A DNA stretch of 64,000 nt from Vicugna vicugna (taxonomy: Eukaryota): the NCBI GenBank assembly GCA_013265495.1, contig MU061827.1, positions 1,976,782 through 2,040,781 on the forward strand. The letters run 5' to 3'. The notes beneath the pieces were generated by a model, which did no database searches, was not told the DNA's origin, and saw only the letters and a list, made by a program, of their open reading frames with translations. Positions 1 to 11,030 of this stretch are shown here, one piece after another; the first letter of the stretch is position 1; each line of letters begins with the position of its first letter. A program made the position numbers and the translations under genes.

Positions 1-391
1 TGGGCAGCCTTTGCTATGACCCTGAGGCTTCCTCTAGCCCACCCCCTTCATGCCCCAGCATGGTCCAGGCTGCTCTAGGAACCTATCCGGCGTCTCTACC
101 TAAATTAGAAAAAGATGCCCCTTTCTCAAGGCATGTTACTTCCATCTGTTGGGAAATTGTCATAAGATACTAATAAGACACTTATCTTCCATCTGTCATA
201 AAGTTATAGTAAATCTACAAATTGCCCATCTCTGGCATCAACAGAGTTAGGAGAATATGAACACATTCCAAACAAATCAAGACATCTACACAGTATAAAT
301 GGCACGCCTGTAGATGGTTTGCCCTTGTACAGTGCACAACATGAACTACTGTATGCGGCAGCCCCATACCATGGCCTTTGTCTCTCTACAG

Positions 392-613
392 CTGCAGCAG
401 CAGCAGACCCGGCTGATGAAGATCAACCACGACCTCCGGCACCGGGTCACGGTGGTGGAGGCCCAGGGGAAGGCCCTGATCGAACAGAAGGTAGAACTGG
501 AGGCAGATCTGCAAACCAAGGAGCAGGAGATGGGCAGCCTGCGGGCGGAGCTCGGGAAGCTGCGAGAGAGGCTGCAGGGCGGGCTCAGCCAGAATGGAGA
601 GGAGGAGCCTGAG
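392..613 (+). CDS. RILPL1: RILPL1 internal coding exon (exon 4 by human numbering), coiled-coil region
   Basis: tctctctacAG acceptor and GAG|GTGAGC donor; 222 bp, phase 0-0; translates LQQQQTRLMKINHDLRHRVTVVEAQGKALIEQKVELEADLQTKEQEMGSLRAELGKLRERLQGGLSQNGEEEPE, recognised as RILPL1. Upstream exons are outside the window. Confidence 0.96.
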
Positions 614-989
614 GTGAGCGGGAAGCCAGCTGGCGAGGCGATGTGGAAAGGACAGTCTGTGGGCTGGCTCGGGGTGGGCAGGGCGGCCTGGCTTTCCCCA
701 TTACACCTGAGGGGAATGGGGGCCCTGGGGAGAGCCAGCTGCCGACCAGAAGACACACAGGTGGGCAGGGGCAGCGCTGGGCCCGGAACCCAGGACTCCC
801 AGCATTCCAGCCCAGGGTATCCAGCTCGGTGGTGGTTACTGGGCACCCGCCATTCATTCATTCATTCATTCAAATGATTATTAACTATGTTGCAGGCATG
901 GGGGAGAAAATGCAGACCTGGCACCTGTCTACATGGAGCTTACAGTCAGTATAGGAGACAGACATTAGTCAAATAATCACGTAACTCCT

Positions 990-1143
990 GTGACCCAGCA
1001 ATCCCACTTCTAGGCATGTGTCCAAGAAAACTGAAACTATATGTCCACATAAAAACCTGTATGCAGATGCTCACAGCAGCCCTCTTCCCAACAGCCAAAA
1101 GGTGGAAACATCCTCCGTGTCCATCAGCTGATGAGTAGATAAA
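990..1143 (+). mobile_element. Old L1 (L1M) fragment
   Basis: gacccagcaatcccacttctaggcatgtgtccaag... is typical of the L1 ORF2 end / 3' UTR. Confidence 0.7.
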
Positions 1144-3477
1144 AAACTTCTCAGAGTGGACTCTGAGAACACATTCTAGCTGTGTCTGTCCAGCTCAGCA
1201 GCCACTAGTGACAGTGGAGCACCTGGAATACGTCATGTCCAAATGGACACGTGCTGTAAATATAAAATACACACTCACCATCAATGAATGGATGGATGGA
1301 TAAACAAAATATGGTAGGCCCAGGATGTGACCCACGGCACCAGAGGTGTGAGCCACATAGATGTCCCCCGGAGTGTGCCAGGAACACAGAGATAGGGCAG
1401 TCAGTCCGGATAGGGGGGGCATGGAGCTTCATGGACCATCTGTGACTTCAGCTGGATGTCCGTGATAATAATGCTAAGCTTTTGATGGTAGCTGTAGGAG
1501 ATGGCTATGCCGTTTCAGAAGAGCATAAGGAACTGTTAAGAGAAAAGCTCAGGGCTGGCTCTTTCTTCCAGCAAATATTTATTGACTGTTTCGGGTTTGC
1601 AGGCACCGTGCTGGTCTCCTGGGTTACAGGTGGGGGAGGTAAGACGGCTGAGCTTACCATCAGGTTGGCTCAAGTCCCAGCACAGTCATTCAGTATCTTG
1701 GGAATTTTGACCATACACTTCTAGGATCTTTAAAGGACAAGAACCTCTGGGATACAGATAGGGAGGTAAAAAGAGAGAAGTCTTAAAAGGGAGAGGTTAG
1801 AGTCTGCTTTGGGCCAAAGGTGACAGAAGCCTAAGTTAAAATTGTTTAAGGATTTTTTTTTTAAAAAAGGAATTTTTGGCTGTGTAACAAAAAGCTTTGA
1901 GTTAATGATGGCTTCAGGTATAGCTGGTTCCAGGTGCCCACGTGACAGTGTCAGGAATGTTTCAGACCTCCTCTCAGCTTTGCTTTCCTCTCTGTTGATG
2001 TCATTTATAAGCAGCCACTTGCCATATAGTGGCCCTAGCACTTAAGCAGCTTTGCAACCCCAGTGGAAAGAAATTGCCTCTTTCCCAAATTCTCAGCAAA
2101 AGTCTCAGGGAACCCTCTCTTTAGCCCATCACTGACAGTCATCGTGGTCTGAGGTCTAGAATATGCATGTTGTCCATTCCTGAGCACATGGCTACCTCAG
2201 AGGTGCCCATCAGAGCTGCATACACAGAAAGTGGGGAAGGGGAGTTTCTCCAGAGGCAAATTGCAGTGACTCGGCCCGGAGACGTGTGGGAATGGAGGCA
2301 GGCCAGGCAGAGACAACAGCTGTTGTCATCAGTGCCGGAGAGTCAAGGTTGAGAATGCCACACACAACACGCTGAGCAGTGAAGGATGTGGATTCTTTCA
2401 CAGGCTTTTGTCAAGGAGGTGATGGGATCAGCTCTGAGTTTATGGAGGACAATTTGAACAGTTTGAACAAGGAGCTGATGGCAGTCTTGGCTGTTTGCAA
2501 TAATCCAGACAAGAAGGGTGAGGGCTGGACCAAATCTATAGCATTGGGATGCAGGAGAGGAGCCAGTAGGCGAAGTGTGGGGCGGTCACCCCGCACCTCC
2601 CTAGGTGTACCGCTTCCAACCTCCTAAGCCCCATGAGAGCTCAGGCCTGTCTCTGCCTGGACAGGGGGGACCTGGTCCAAACCTGGGTCCTGAGCTCATC
2701 ACCCCAGCTGCAAAACTCCAAGCCCTGCTCCATGTCTCTTTAAGACAGGAACATTGAACACCTCCTTGGCCTGGCTGCCTGTCGGTTTCAGTTTCCTTTC
2801 TGGCATCACCGGGGTGGGACAGAAACGGGAGTAAAATCAGGTGACAGTTATGACTAACCCACTGAGCAGCGTCTGTTCCCAAACTCAGGGCGTCTCTGCT
2901 GCGTTTGACTCCATCCCTTGGAGCTGAGTAGAGCTCACGATGCTTGTCACTCAAATGGAAGCCACAGGTTGTGGTGGCTTCATCACCTGCTGCCATGTGA
3001 CTTGGGGCCTGTCCATCCCTTCGGTGGTCAGTTTCCAAACTGACAAATGAAGGGGATGAACTTGACTTGATCCAGTAGATCTAATAGTGCGGCTGGGATA
3101 AAGGGCGGTGGGATCAAAGGATGGCACAGTGAATTCTGAGTCGAGAGAAGAGGGCAGTGCAGGCCTCCAGAGCATTGAGATGAGTCTTGTGGGATGGGTA
3201 GGCTGTCCAGGGTTAGAATGTGGGGCAGGTCATTCCAGGCAGGAGGAACAGCCTGAGCCAGACTCAAGAAGTGCAGGATATGGCTGGGGAGTGGGGGGGG
3301 TGGTTAGTCCTGCTACAGGATTGGTGCGGGAAGATGGGAGCCATGGAAGGATCCAGAGCTGGGGAGGAATCCATTCTCATCGTTGCCTCTTGATTTACAT
3401 GGTTCTTTCTGAAGTGCATCACTGTCCTTTCAGGGTGATCTGCAGTACACGAGGCCCCTTGTATATTCTTATAACCT

Positions 3478-3775
3478 ATTTATTGAGATATAAGTCACGT
3501 ACTGTACAATCCAACCATTTAAGTGTACAAGACAAGGGGTTTTAGTGTATTCACTATATTGTGTACTCATTGCCACTGTCTAGAACGTTTCCATCACCCC
3601 CAAAAGGAACCCCATACTCACTGGCAGTCACTTCCTATCTCTGCCTCCCCCAGCCCCTGGCAACCACTGGTCTACCTGCTCTCCCTGTGGGTGTGCCTGC
3701 TCTGGATATTTCACTGACATGGACTCATACACCATGCGGTCCTGACCGCCTTCTCACGCAGCGTATCTTCTAGTT
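3478..3775 (-). mobile_element. L1MB-like 3' end
   Basis: ttattgagatataa...tccatcaccccaaaaggaacccc...cccctggcaaccact signature. Confidence 0.75.
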
Positions 3776-6429
3776 CATCCAGCTCCTCGTGTTCTAACTG
3801 CCAGTTCTCCTACCTTCGGTAGTTAGACACGTAAACCCTTAAGAAAATGAGGTGGCTTCCCTTCTAAAGGACTTCATATAAAATCAATAAGAAAACTGTA
3901 AAGTTAATAGTTACCTCCTTGACGTCACTGCCTCTGTTTTGCAAGTTCTGATTTCTTGGTAAGTTGAGTTTTTTTTTAAGTACCCAGAGAAAGCAGACAG
4001 GGGCCCAATGGCTGGCCTGTGAAATGGGGGCTGAATTCATCCCTGTAGAAGCCTGGAGATTCCGAGGGTGACCAGAGCACAGTCCTGGCCCATTGCTGGG
4101 CCAGGGGCTTCGGGAGCACAGAAAGAGGCCTCGAGGTGCCCGGGCAGTGGGGGGCCTGCCCCGGAGGCCAGGTCTCAGGCTGGAGGGCCCCGGTGCAGGC
4201 GTTGCCTCCCTAAGGCCTCCGGACAGGCCCCGGTGCTTGTCGGCCAGTCTCTTGAGCCTCCCTGGGGAGCACCTGGGACCTCAGGCGTCTCCCTCAAGCT
4301 GTGCCCAGACAGCCTCGCGGGACCAGCGGACAGCCCACGATAACCCAGGCCACCTCCGTGGTCCCCCGTGGAGTAAGCGTAGAAGGCCGGCTGCCGACCA
4401 GCCCGATTGCCGGCTTGTCTCCCTCAAGGCCAGGGCTGCCCGAGGCTCGCGTCAGTGCTTGGTGGCGCCCTGGAGAAGCTAGAGTCCCAGGCTCACTCTC
4501 TCCTGCACTTTCAGGCAACGGTCCCAGAAGTCAGGGCTTCCTTGCGCTCCCATCCCGGAAACCCCCAAGCCCTAAGGGAATCAGGTTGCTCCACGGATAG
4601 AAGAGCCATCCTTTCTCCAGCGAAAGAAGTTAGGTTCTGAGGCAGCCCTTCGGTGTCTTGGGTGATGACGGCCCGTGGCAGGGGGAGCAGGGAACTGCTG
4701 CAGCTTGAAAGCGTGTGTTCATAGGAGTCCCCAGGTGTCTGGGTGAGAAGGGCCCTTAGAAATATTACTGGGTTTTCGAGCACTGGTTGGGGTAATGAGG
4801 GCCTGGAGAGGAGCAGGCAGCTTGCCCAAAGGCCTTTTGGAAAGTGAGGGGCTGGGAACCCTCTTGAGGGGCTTTATGCTTCCCCAGGGCGCATGGACCC
4901 CTGTCAGCTTGCCCTTCCCAGAGACACAGAGAGGCCTGGGACTTGCCAAGTTGTCTGGGGGAGGGAGGGGCTGGAGGAAGCGTGCAGGCCTGTGATTTGG
5001 GTCTACGGCTGCCAACACCTCCAGGATCCAGGCAGGGAAGGAAAAAGGGGAGGGGGGTGGGCAACCATGGAAATAGCATGTAAGAGGGAGCAGCTGCTAT
5101 GCAGCACCAGCCCAGTGTTGCCATGTGGGCCCAGTGTGGCCTAGTCTTCCAATGTTTTTTCCCAAAAGGAAGCCCCAAACCCAAACTTTAGGGTGAAATC
5201 CCCTGACCTAAAGCTGCTGGCAACCAATTCAAAAGAGTTTTAGAACACAGTGAGGGCCAGATAAAATGAGGGGATGAGGTCACTGGAGTGGACCCAGAGT
5301 TCTTGGCAAACTCCTACACATTCGTCAAGACCCCAAGCACAGAAACCACATCTGCAGTGACATCTTCCATGTTCCTCCTCAGAGTTTGATGCCCTTGCAC
5401 CACTTATTATATTACCTTGTAAATTTTTGTGTATATCTTCCTTCCACCTCCACCTGTCTGATTCATCTCATTTGCTCAGTGACCAGCAGATGCAAAGCTG
5501 ATACTCAATAATGTTAAATAAATATGAGACATCCAAGCATGTTCTGTGGTTAACCTGGGCAGTAGAAGAGAAGGGAACTGGCATTAGTGAGTGCCTGCTG
5601 TATACTAGGCATTTGCTATACATGATCTTGGACAGGGGTTACGATCCCAATGTGTGGCTATCAGGTGGTCCAAGGAGCAGCCCTGGAGGCTCTGCAGAGG
5701 GAGTTGGACACTGAAGATGTTCCCTGAAGACACAGCCCCCCTGAAGGTGTGGCACCAGCAGATGCCTGGAGTACCTTCTTGGGAAGCTGAGTCCTCCAAC
5801 ATTTCCTCCCCTAGTCCTTGGATGGGAAGAGGTCCCTCTCTGCTGCCCAGCCGGCTTGGGGGGTAGCATGTGTCAGGTTTCCTGCTGCAGCGGGCCGCCT
5901 CCCCTGCTGCCTGCTGCTCGGTGCTGACTCCTGGTCAGAACCACTTCCCAGCCCGCGCCTGCCAGGTGGCTCTTCTGTCACCTGATCTGCCCTGGTGGGT
6001 GGTGTCTCCTTACAAGTGTCCTTTCCCAGAACAGCCCGTCCCCAGCTCTCCCAGGATGGGAGGCATCTCAACTCTGCCTTCTGGAGTCCTTCAACATCCT
6101 GGCCTGTCTCAGCTGGAGTCCATTTCTCCTTGTGATTCTGTGGGTTTTTTTTTTTTGGTTTTTTTTGGGGGGGCAGGGGAAGGGGGTTAGTTTTGTATTT
6201 CAATCCCTCTTTCCCCTGTTCCAGAGCTCGCCCACTGTTGTCCTAAGCTTCTGTCTACTCCTTCTAAACAATCATGGGATGCTGGCGGCTCGGGGGTGTC
6301 AGGAATAGTGCACCCTGGAGAGTCTGGGCCACCTGCAGATTTGCCCAGCTGACTTGGAAAGCTTGCAAAAACTTCCTTGCTATCAAAAAAAAAAAAAAAA
6401 AGAAAGAAAGAAAGAAAGAAAAGAAAAAG

Positions 6430-7100
6430 AAATGTTGGCAAGGAGGTGGAGAATGTCGAATCCCTCCTACACTGCTAGCAGGAATGTAAGATGGGGCAGC
6501 TGCTGTGGAAAACAGTTTGGCAGTTCCTCCAAAAGTTAAACATAGTCACCATATGACCCAGCAATTCCCCTCCTAGGTAGCTACCCAAAGAACAGAAAAC
6601 AGGTGTTCAGACAAATCTTTGCACACTGATGTTCATGTCAGCATTATTCACAATAGCCAAAAGGTCAAAATAACCCAAATGCCCATCAGGGGATAAAAAG
6701 GATAGGCAAAATGTGGTGTCTTTACACAGTGGAATATTATTCAGCCATGAAAAGGGAAAAGCACTGACACAGGGTACCATGTGGATGAACCTTAAAAATG
6801 TGATGCTGAGTGAAAGAAGGCAGTCACAGTCACATATTGTATGATACCATTTCTAGGAAATGTCCAGAAAAGGCAGATCCACAGAGATGGAAAGCAGGTG
6901 GTCGTTGCCAGGGGCTGGAACTGGGGGATGGAGTAGGGAGGAACTGCTAAGGGTGTGGTGTTTCCTCTGGAAAATGTTTTGGAACTAGATAGAAGTGGTA
7001 ATTGCACAAGATTGTGAGTATGCTGAACACTGCTGAAGTGCGTATTTTAAAATGGTAAATTTTATGTTAGGTGAATTTTATCACAATTTCTTTTAAAAAG
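6430..7100 (+). mobile_element. L1MB-like 3' fragment preceded by a poly(A)/(AAAG)n microsatellite at 6385-6432
   Basis: tgttggcaaggaggtggag...gacccagcaattccc...aatattattcagccatgaaaagg...ggtaaattttatg. Confidence 0.8.
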
Positions 7101-7804
7101 CTCTTGCTGAGGAAGAGGGCAGAAGGATGGGGTTGGGGTCTGGAGGAGGTGGCTCAGCAGGTTAGGCTCCATCTGTGTGACCTGCATGGAGGAGAAGTGC
7201 CCTGCGTGTGCACGTCGGCTGTGATGTCACCCCCTCACCTCCCATCAGGGCTCCCACTGAACTTCAGCGAAAAGATGCCCACAGCCACTGGGGAGGAGAG
7301 GGATTAACCAGAGGGCCAGGCACAAATGGGGAAGTGTCTACGACTTAATGTCAAATGAAAAAGGAACAGAGAATTGTGCGTAGGCTCTGATTCCAACAAC
7401 TTTGGCCAGATTAGCAATGGCCTTGGTAAGAAAATGAGGCAAGAACACGGGAAAGGGAAAGCAAGCAGATTTAAGAGGGTGGCGGCACTGGGGGTGCACT
7501 GGTTCTTCTCCTCGGGTGCCTTTTAATGTCATTTGTAATAAAACCCTGAGTCAGATGGGGAGGCACCAGGACCACGGGTCTGGCTATTGAGAAGGCAAAC
7601 AATGGTGGCCACTGGCTTTCGTCTCCAGAGGGACGCTGACTGCACAGAACGTGAGCAGAGGCCGCCTGCAGGTTCTTAAAATAGCGCCCTCGGCGAGCTG
7701 CCCGGGCCCCGGGAGGATGGGAAATTCGGGCTCCGGCAGGATGCGGAGTGGGTGCTGGCGGTGGCAGGCCAGGAATTCATTTGCAGCATCTCTGCCTCCT
7801 CCAG

Positions 7805-7977
7805 ACGGAGCCGGGCGGAGACGAGTGTGTCTCAGAGGTGGAGAAGGTGGCCATGGACCTCAAGGACCCCAACCGCCCCCGGTTCACACTGCAGGAACTG
7901 CGGGACGTGCTGCACGAGAGGAACGAGCTCAAGTCCAAGGTGTTCTTGTTGCAGGAGGAGCTGGCGTACTATAAGAG
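7805..7977 (+). CDS. RILPL1: RILPL1 coding exon (exon 5), RH2 domain
   Basis: cctcctccAG acceptor and AG|GTGAGT donor; 173 bp; TEPGGDECVSEVEKVAMDLKDPNRPRFTLQELRDVLHERNELKSKVFLLQEELAYYK contains the RILP-family RH2 motif PRFTLQELRDVL. Confidence 0.97.
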
Positions 7978-8180
7978 GTGAGTATCCCTGGGAGCTCCCA
8001 GGCTGGCTCCTTGCTGAGATTGTGCGGAGTCTGGGGACAGTTAGCACCTGGAAAATAAGGATGGCATCTGTATCCATCGTGGGGACCATCCCTGGCCTGA
8101 AGCACTTACATACCCGCTCATAATTCCTTCCTGAAACTCAAGGGTTCAGGTGCATTTTTTAATTCAGAATTTCCAGCCGT

Positions 8181-8338
8181 GGCGGGAGGGTATAGCTCAA
8201 TGGTAGAGCGCTTGCCTAGCATGCACAAGGTCCTGGGCTCAATCCCCATACTTCCATCAAATAAATAGACAGATAGCTAGATAGATAGATAAACCAACCT
8301 AAGTACCCCCCCCCAATTTTTTTTAATTAAAAAAAACC
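8181..8338 (+). mobile_element. tRNA-derived SINE (camelid Vic-1-like)
   Basis: GGGAGGGTATAGCTCAATGGTAGAGC head with A and B boxes, A-rich/(AGAT)n tail, TSD tttccagc(c/t)gt at 8170-8180 and 8339-8349. Confidence 0.85.
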
Positions 8339-8683
8339 TTTCCAGCTGTTAGGAAAGAATATTCCACCTACTGTGTATTCTCTTACACCACAAGCGAGGT
8401 CTGGGGCAGCTCCCCAGAATCAAACTTGTGAATATTTTTGCAGCAAAAGATACGAACATTCATACTAAATGGGATAAATAAAGATTATAAACAGCCTCAT
8501 GAGATTTTATTTCAGGTTTTACCACCAAATGAATGACAAAAAAAAAAAACCTCACAAATGAATTTTGGGTGTTAGAGCTTTTTGGATTTTGGAATTACAG
8601 ATAAGAGATGGTGGAGCTATGCAGCCGAATTATTTGTTCATCTGGTCCATTTGTGGCCTGTGAACTTCTTGTACATGGTAGAG

Positions 8684-8891
8684 CTGCACCATCTGATGTG
8701 GTAGCCATTAGCCACATGTGGCTATTTAAATTTGAATGAGTTAAACTTAGGTAAAATGTAAAATTCAGTTCCTCAGTTGCACTTGCCACATTTCAAGTGT
8801 TCAGTCGTCACTTGTGGCTAATGGCCACCATATTGGACGGCAAAGATATAGACTGTTCCCATCCTTGTGGGAAGTTCTGCGGATAGCACTG
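8684..8891 (-). mobile_element. MER3-like hAT-Charlie MITE
   Basis: gtagccattagccacatgtggctatttaaattt...gtggctaatggccaccatattggac internal palindromic pattern. Confidence 0.75.
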
Positions 8892-8959
8892 CTCCTGACT
8901 TAGCCCACCATCTCGTGCCATGCAACCTCATACTCATTCAGCTTTGCACACACTGCCCT

Positions 8960-9360
8960 TCTATTGGGTCCCCAAAACACACCATGCTTGTTTCTACCTC
9001 AGGCCCTTTGCACATGCTGCTCTTGACTCCTGGTCATTCAGGGTCAGGTCAGGTGTCACCTCCTCAGAGAGGCCTGCCTTCCTCATCACCCCCCCTCCAG
9101 ATGAGCGCCCTGTCCTGGTCCCTGTTTATCGCTTTACCCAGTTTTACTTTCTGCATATCTCTTTTCACCATCTCACATTATCCTGTTTATGAACATGCTT
9201 GTTTTATTGTCTGTTTCCATACCAGACTGCAACAGCATGAGACCAGAAACCTTATTTGTCTTTTCGTGACTAAGTTCCCAGAACTCAGCATGCAGCTTAG
9301 CACAGCGTAGGTGCACCAGCACAGCGTAGGCGCACAACATCTATCTGTTGAACAGAAAGC
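8960..9360 (+). mobile_element. L2 3' fragment
   Basis: ggccctttgcacatgctg...tcacctcctcagagaggcct...tgttgaacaga; includes a 19-bp tandem duplication at 9299-9336. Confidence 0.65.
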
Positions 9361-10059
9361 TGGAAGGAAGGATGCACCAGATGTGGTACCTGCCCCAGGA
9401 GGGAAGATAAGACATCAGAGAAAATACAATGCCACACATTTTTACTGAAAACCCACTGTGAGTCCGCCACCTAAGACAGTTTTATGACAGTGTGTACACT
9501 GGCTGTTCAAAGAAGAGAGAAGTCACTTCTGGCTTGGGGATGGGGTGGAAATCAGGAAGGCTTCATGGAGGTGGTAGCATCAGAACTGAGCCTTCCCTAA
9601 AGGATAGGGTACTTTTCAGGTATGGGATATGTTGTGGGTGGCATATTCCAGGCAGAATAAATCACAAAGGTGTGGAGACAAGGAAGCATTTGGCAAGAAC
9701 AGGAAACAGGGAATCGTTCTTTGTGGCTAGAATCTCCAAAGTAAACTTAGAATAGCGATGTGGTGACCTTCCTAAAATTTTTCACATTTAACCAACTGGG
9801 CCAAAGGGCCTGCAGGCACCTGTGTCCACGGCCTCCAGGACTAACCCTCGTCACTGGCCACTCCTCTCGCTCCGAGGCCAGGCCTTGAGGCAGAGAGCCT
9901 GTGGGGCAGAGGCAACTGTTGCTGTCCTCCTGGGTCCCCTTACTTCCACTCCCCTGAAAAAGGACACGCCCTCCCAGACCATCGGACGATACCCTTGGAA
10001 TAGTCTAGCTCTCGTGGAATGTTTGACTCTTTTACCTCACGCCTCTCAATTCCTTCCAG

Positions 10060-10152
10060 TGAAGAAATAGAAGAGGAAAATCGAATACCCCAACCTCCGC
10101 CCGTCACCCACCCAAGAACATCCCCCCAGCCGGAGTCTGGGATCAAGCGACT
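10060..10152 (+). CDS. RILPL1: RILPL1 coding exon (exon 6)
   Basis: ttccttccAG acceptor and CT|GTAAGT donor; 93 bp, phase 2-2; (S)EEIEEENRIPQPPPVTHPRTSPQPESGIKR(L). Confidence 0.96.
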
Positions 10153-10839
10153 GTAAGTGCTCCGCTCGCTGGCGGGTGGCCGACCTGGTGGGTCCCACGG
10201 CCGCTCACTTCTCCCGGGCACCAGGCTTGTCACTAACCAACCCCCTCCCGCTGAGATGGGCCTAACCCCGGGGCACGTCGGGTCTGGCCCTTGACAGTTC
10301 ACCTCTGTACCTTAAAGGCTGAGCTCTTCCCGGGGGGTTCCAGGGCAGAGAGGTTTGGGGAAGGCTGAGCAGGCGGGAAAGGGGTGGGGCCTGTGGCTGA
10401 CGCTCAGGGCTTGCTTGAGAGTGTCAAGTGGGGCATGTCTTTGAGGACAGCAAATACGGCGTGGTAGGGGAGGTTCATGCATTTTAAGGGCTTGAAACCC
10501 CAGGAGTCCGGAATGGCCACAGGTCCCCCCATGCTTTTCTGTGAGGACTTCACCTGTCCCTCTGTCTCTGCATTAAGGACTGATTGGTGCATAACGCATG
10601 CAGAGTCAGGCCCTGGTTGCTGTGGGAGACATGCAAGAAAAGAGCGACCTAGTCCTTGCCCTCAGCTAGACTTAAAGCTACTTCAGCGGTCCCTGCATCA
10701 CAAGAGATACGGATGAGAGTGTGCAGACCCTTTCCCTGGGGTAGGGGGGTGGGACATAGAGATTTGTAAACAATTTCGGGTTCACTGACCCCTACAGCCC
10801 TTCAGATAAAAGGTTAAAGCTCTGGTCTAGTTAGTTAAT

Positions 10840-11030
10840 ATCTACTAAGAACCTACTATGTGCCGGTTACTGTTCCTGCAGATAACAGCCCTGTGCGGTG
10901 GGGGCACTGCCATTCCCAGTTAAGGAGACTGAAGCATTGAGGTCAGTCACCTGCCTGGGTCATACAGCCAATACAAGGCAGAGCCAGGGCTCAAACCCAG
11001 GCAGCCCGGCCCCAGAGCCCAGGTTTTACA
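10840..11030 (-). mobile_element. MIR
   Basis: ctactatgtgcc...gagactgaagca...aacccaggcag core. Confidence 0.6.

Noticed and set aside
1-391. RILPL1 5' CGG repeat linked to oculopharyngodistal myopathy
   Set aside because: It lies at the gene's 5' end, outside this window.
314-877. 187-aa ORF as a standalone gene
   Set aside because: Only 392-613 is the RILPL1 exon; the rest is intronic read-through past a consensus donor.
6145-6200. Possible 5'-truncated SINE tail on the minus strand
   Set aside because: Resembles the Vic-1 tail but has no head or TSD; too short to call.
8181-8260. tRNA genes (also near 27292, 34440, 50255 and 59987)
   Set aside because: They have A-rich tails and TSDs and lack a pairing acceptor stem, so they are SINE heads, not tRNAs.
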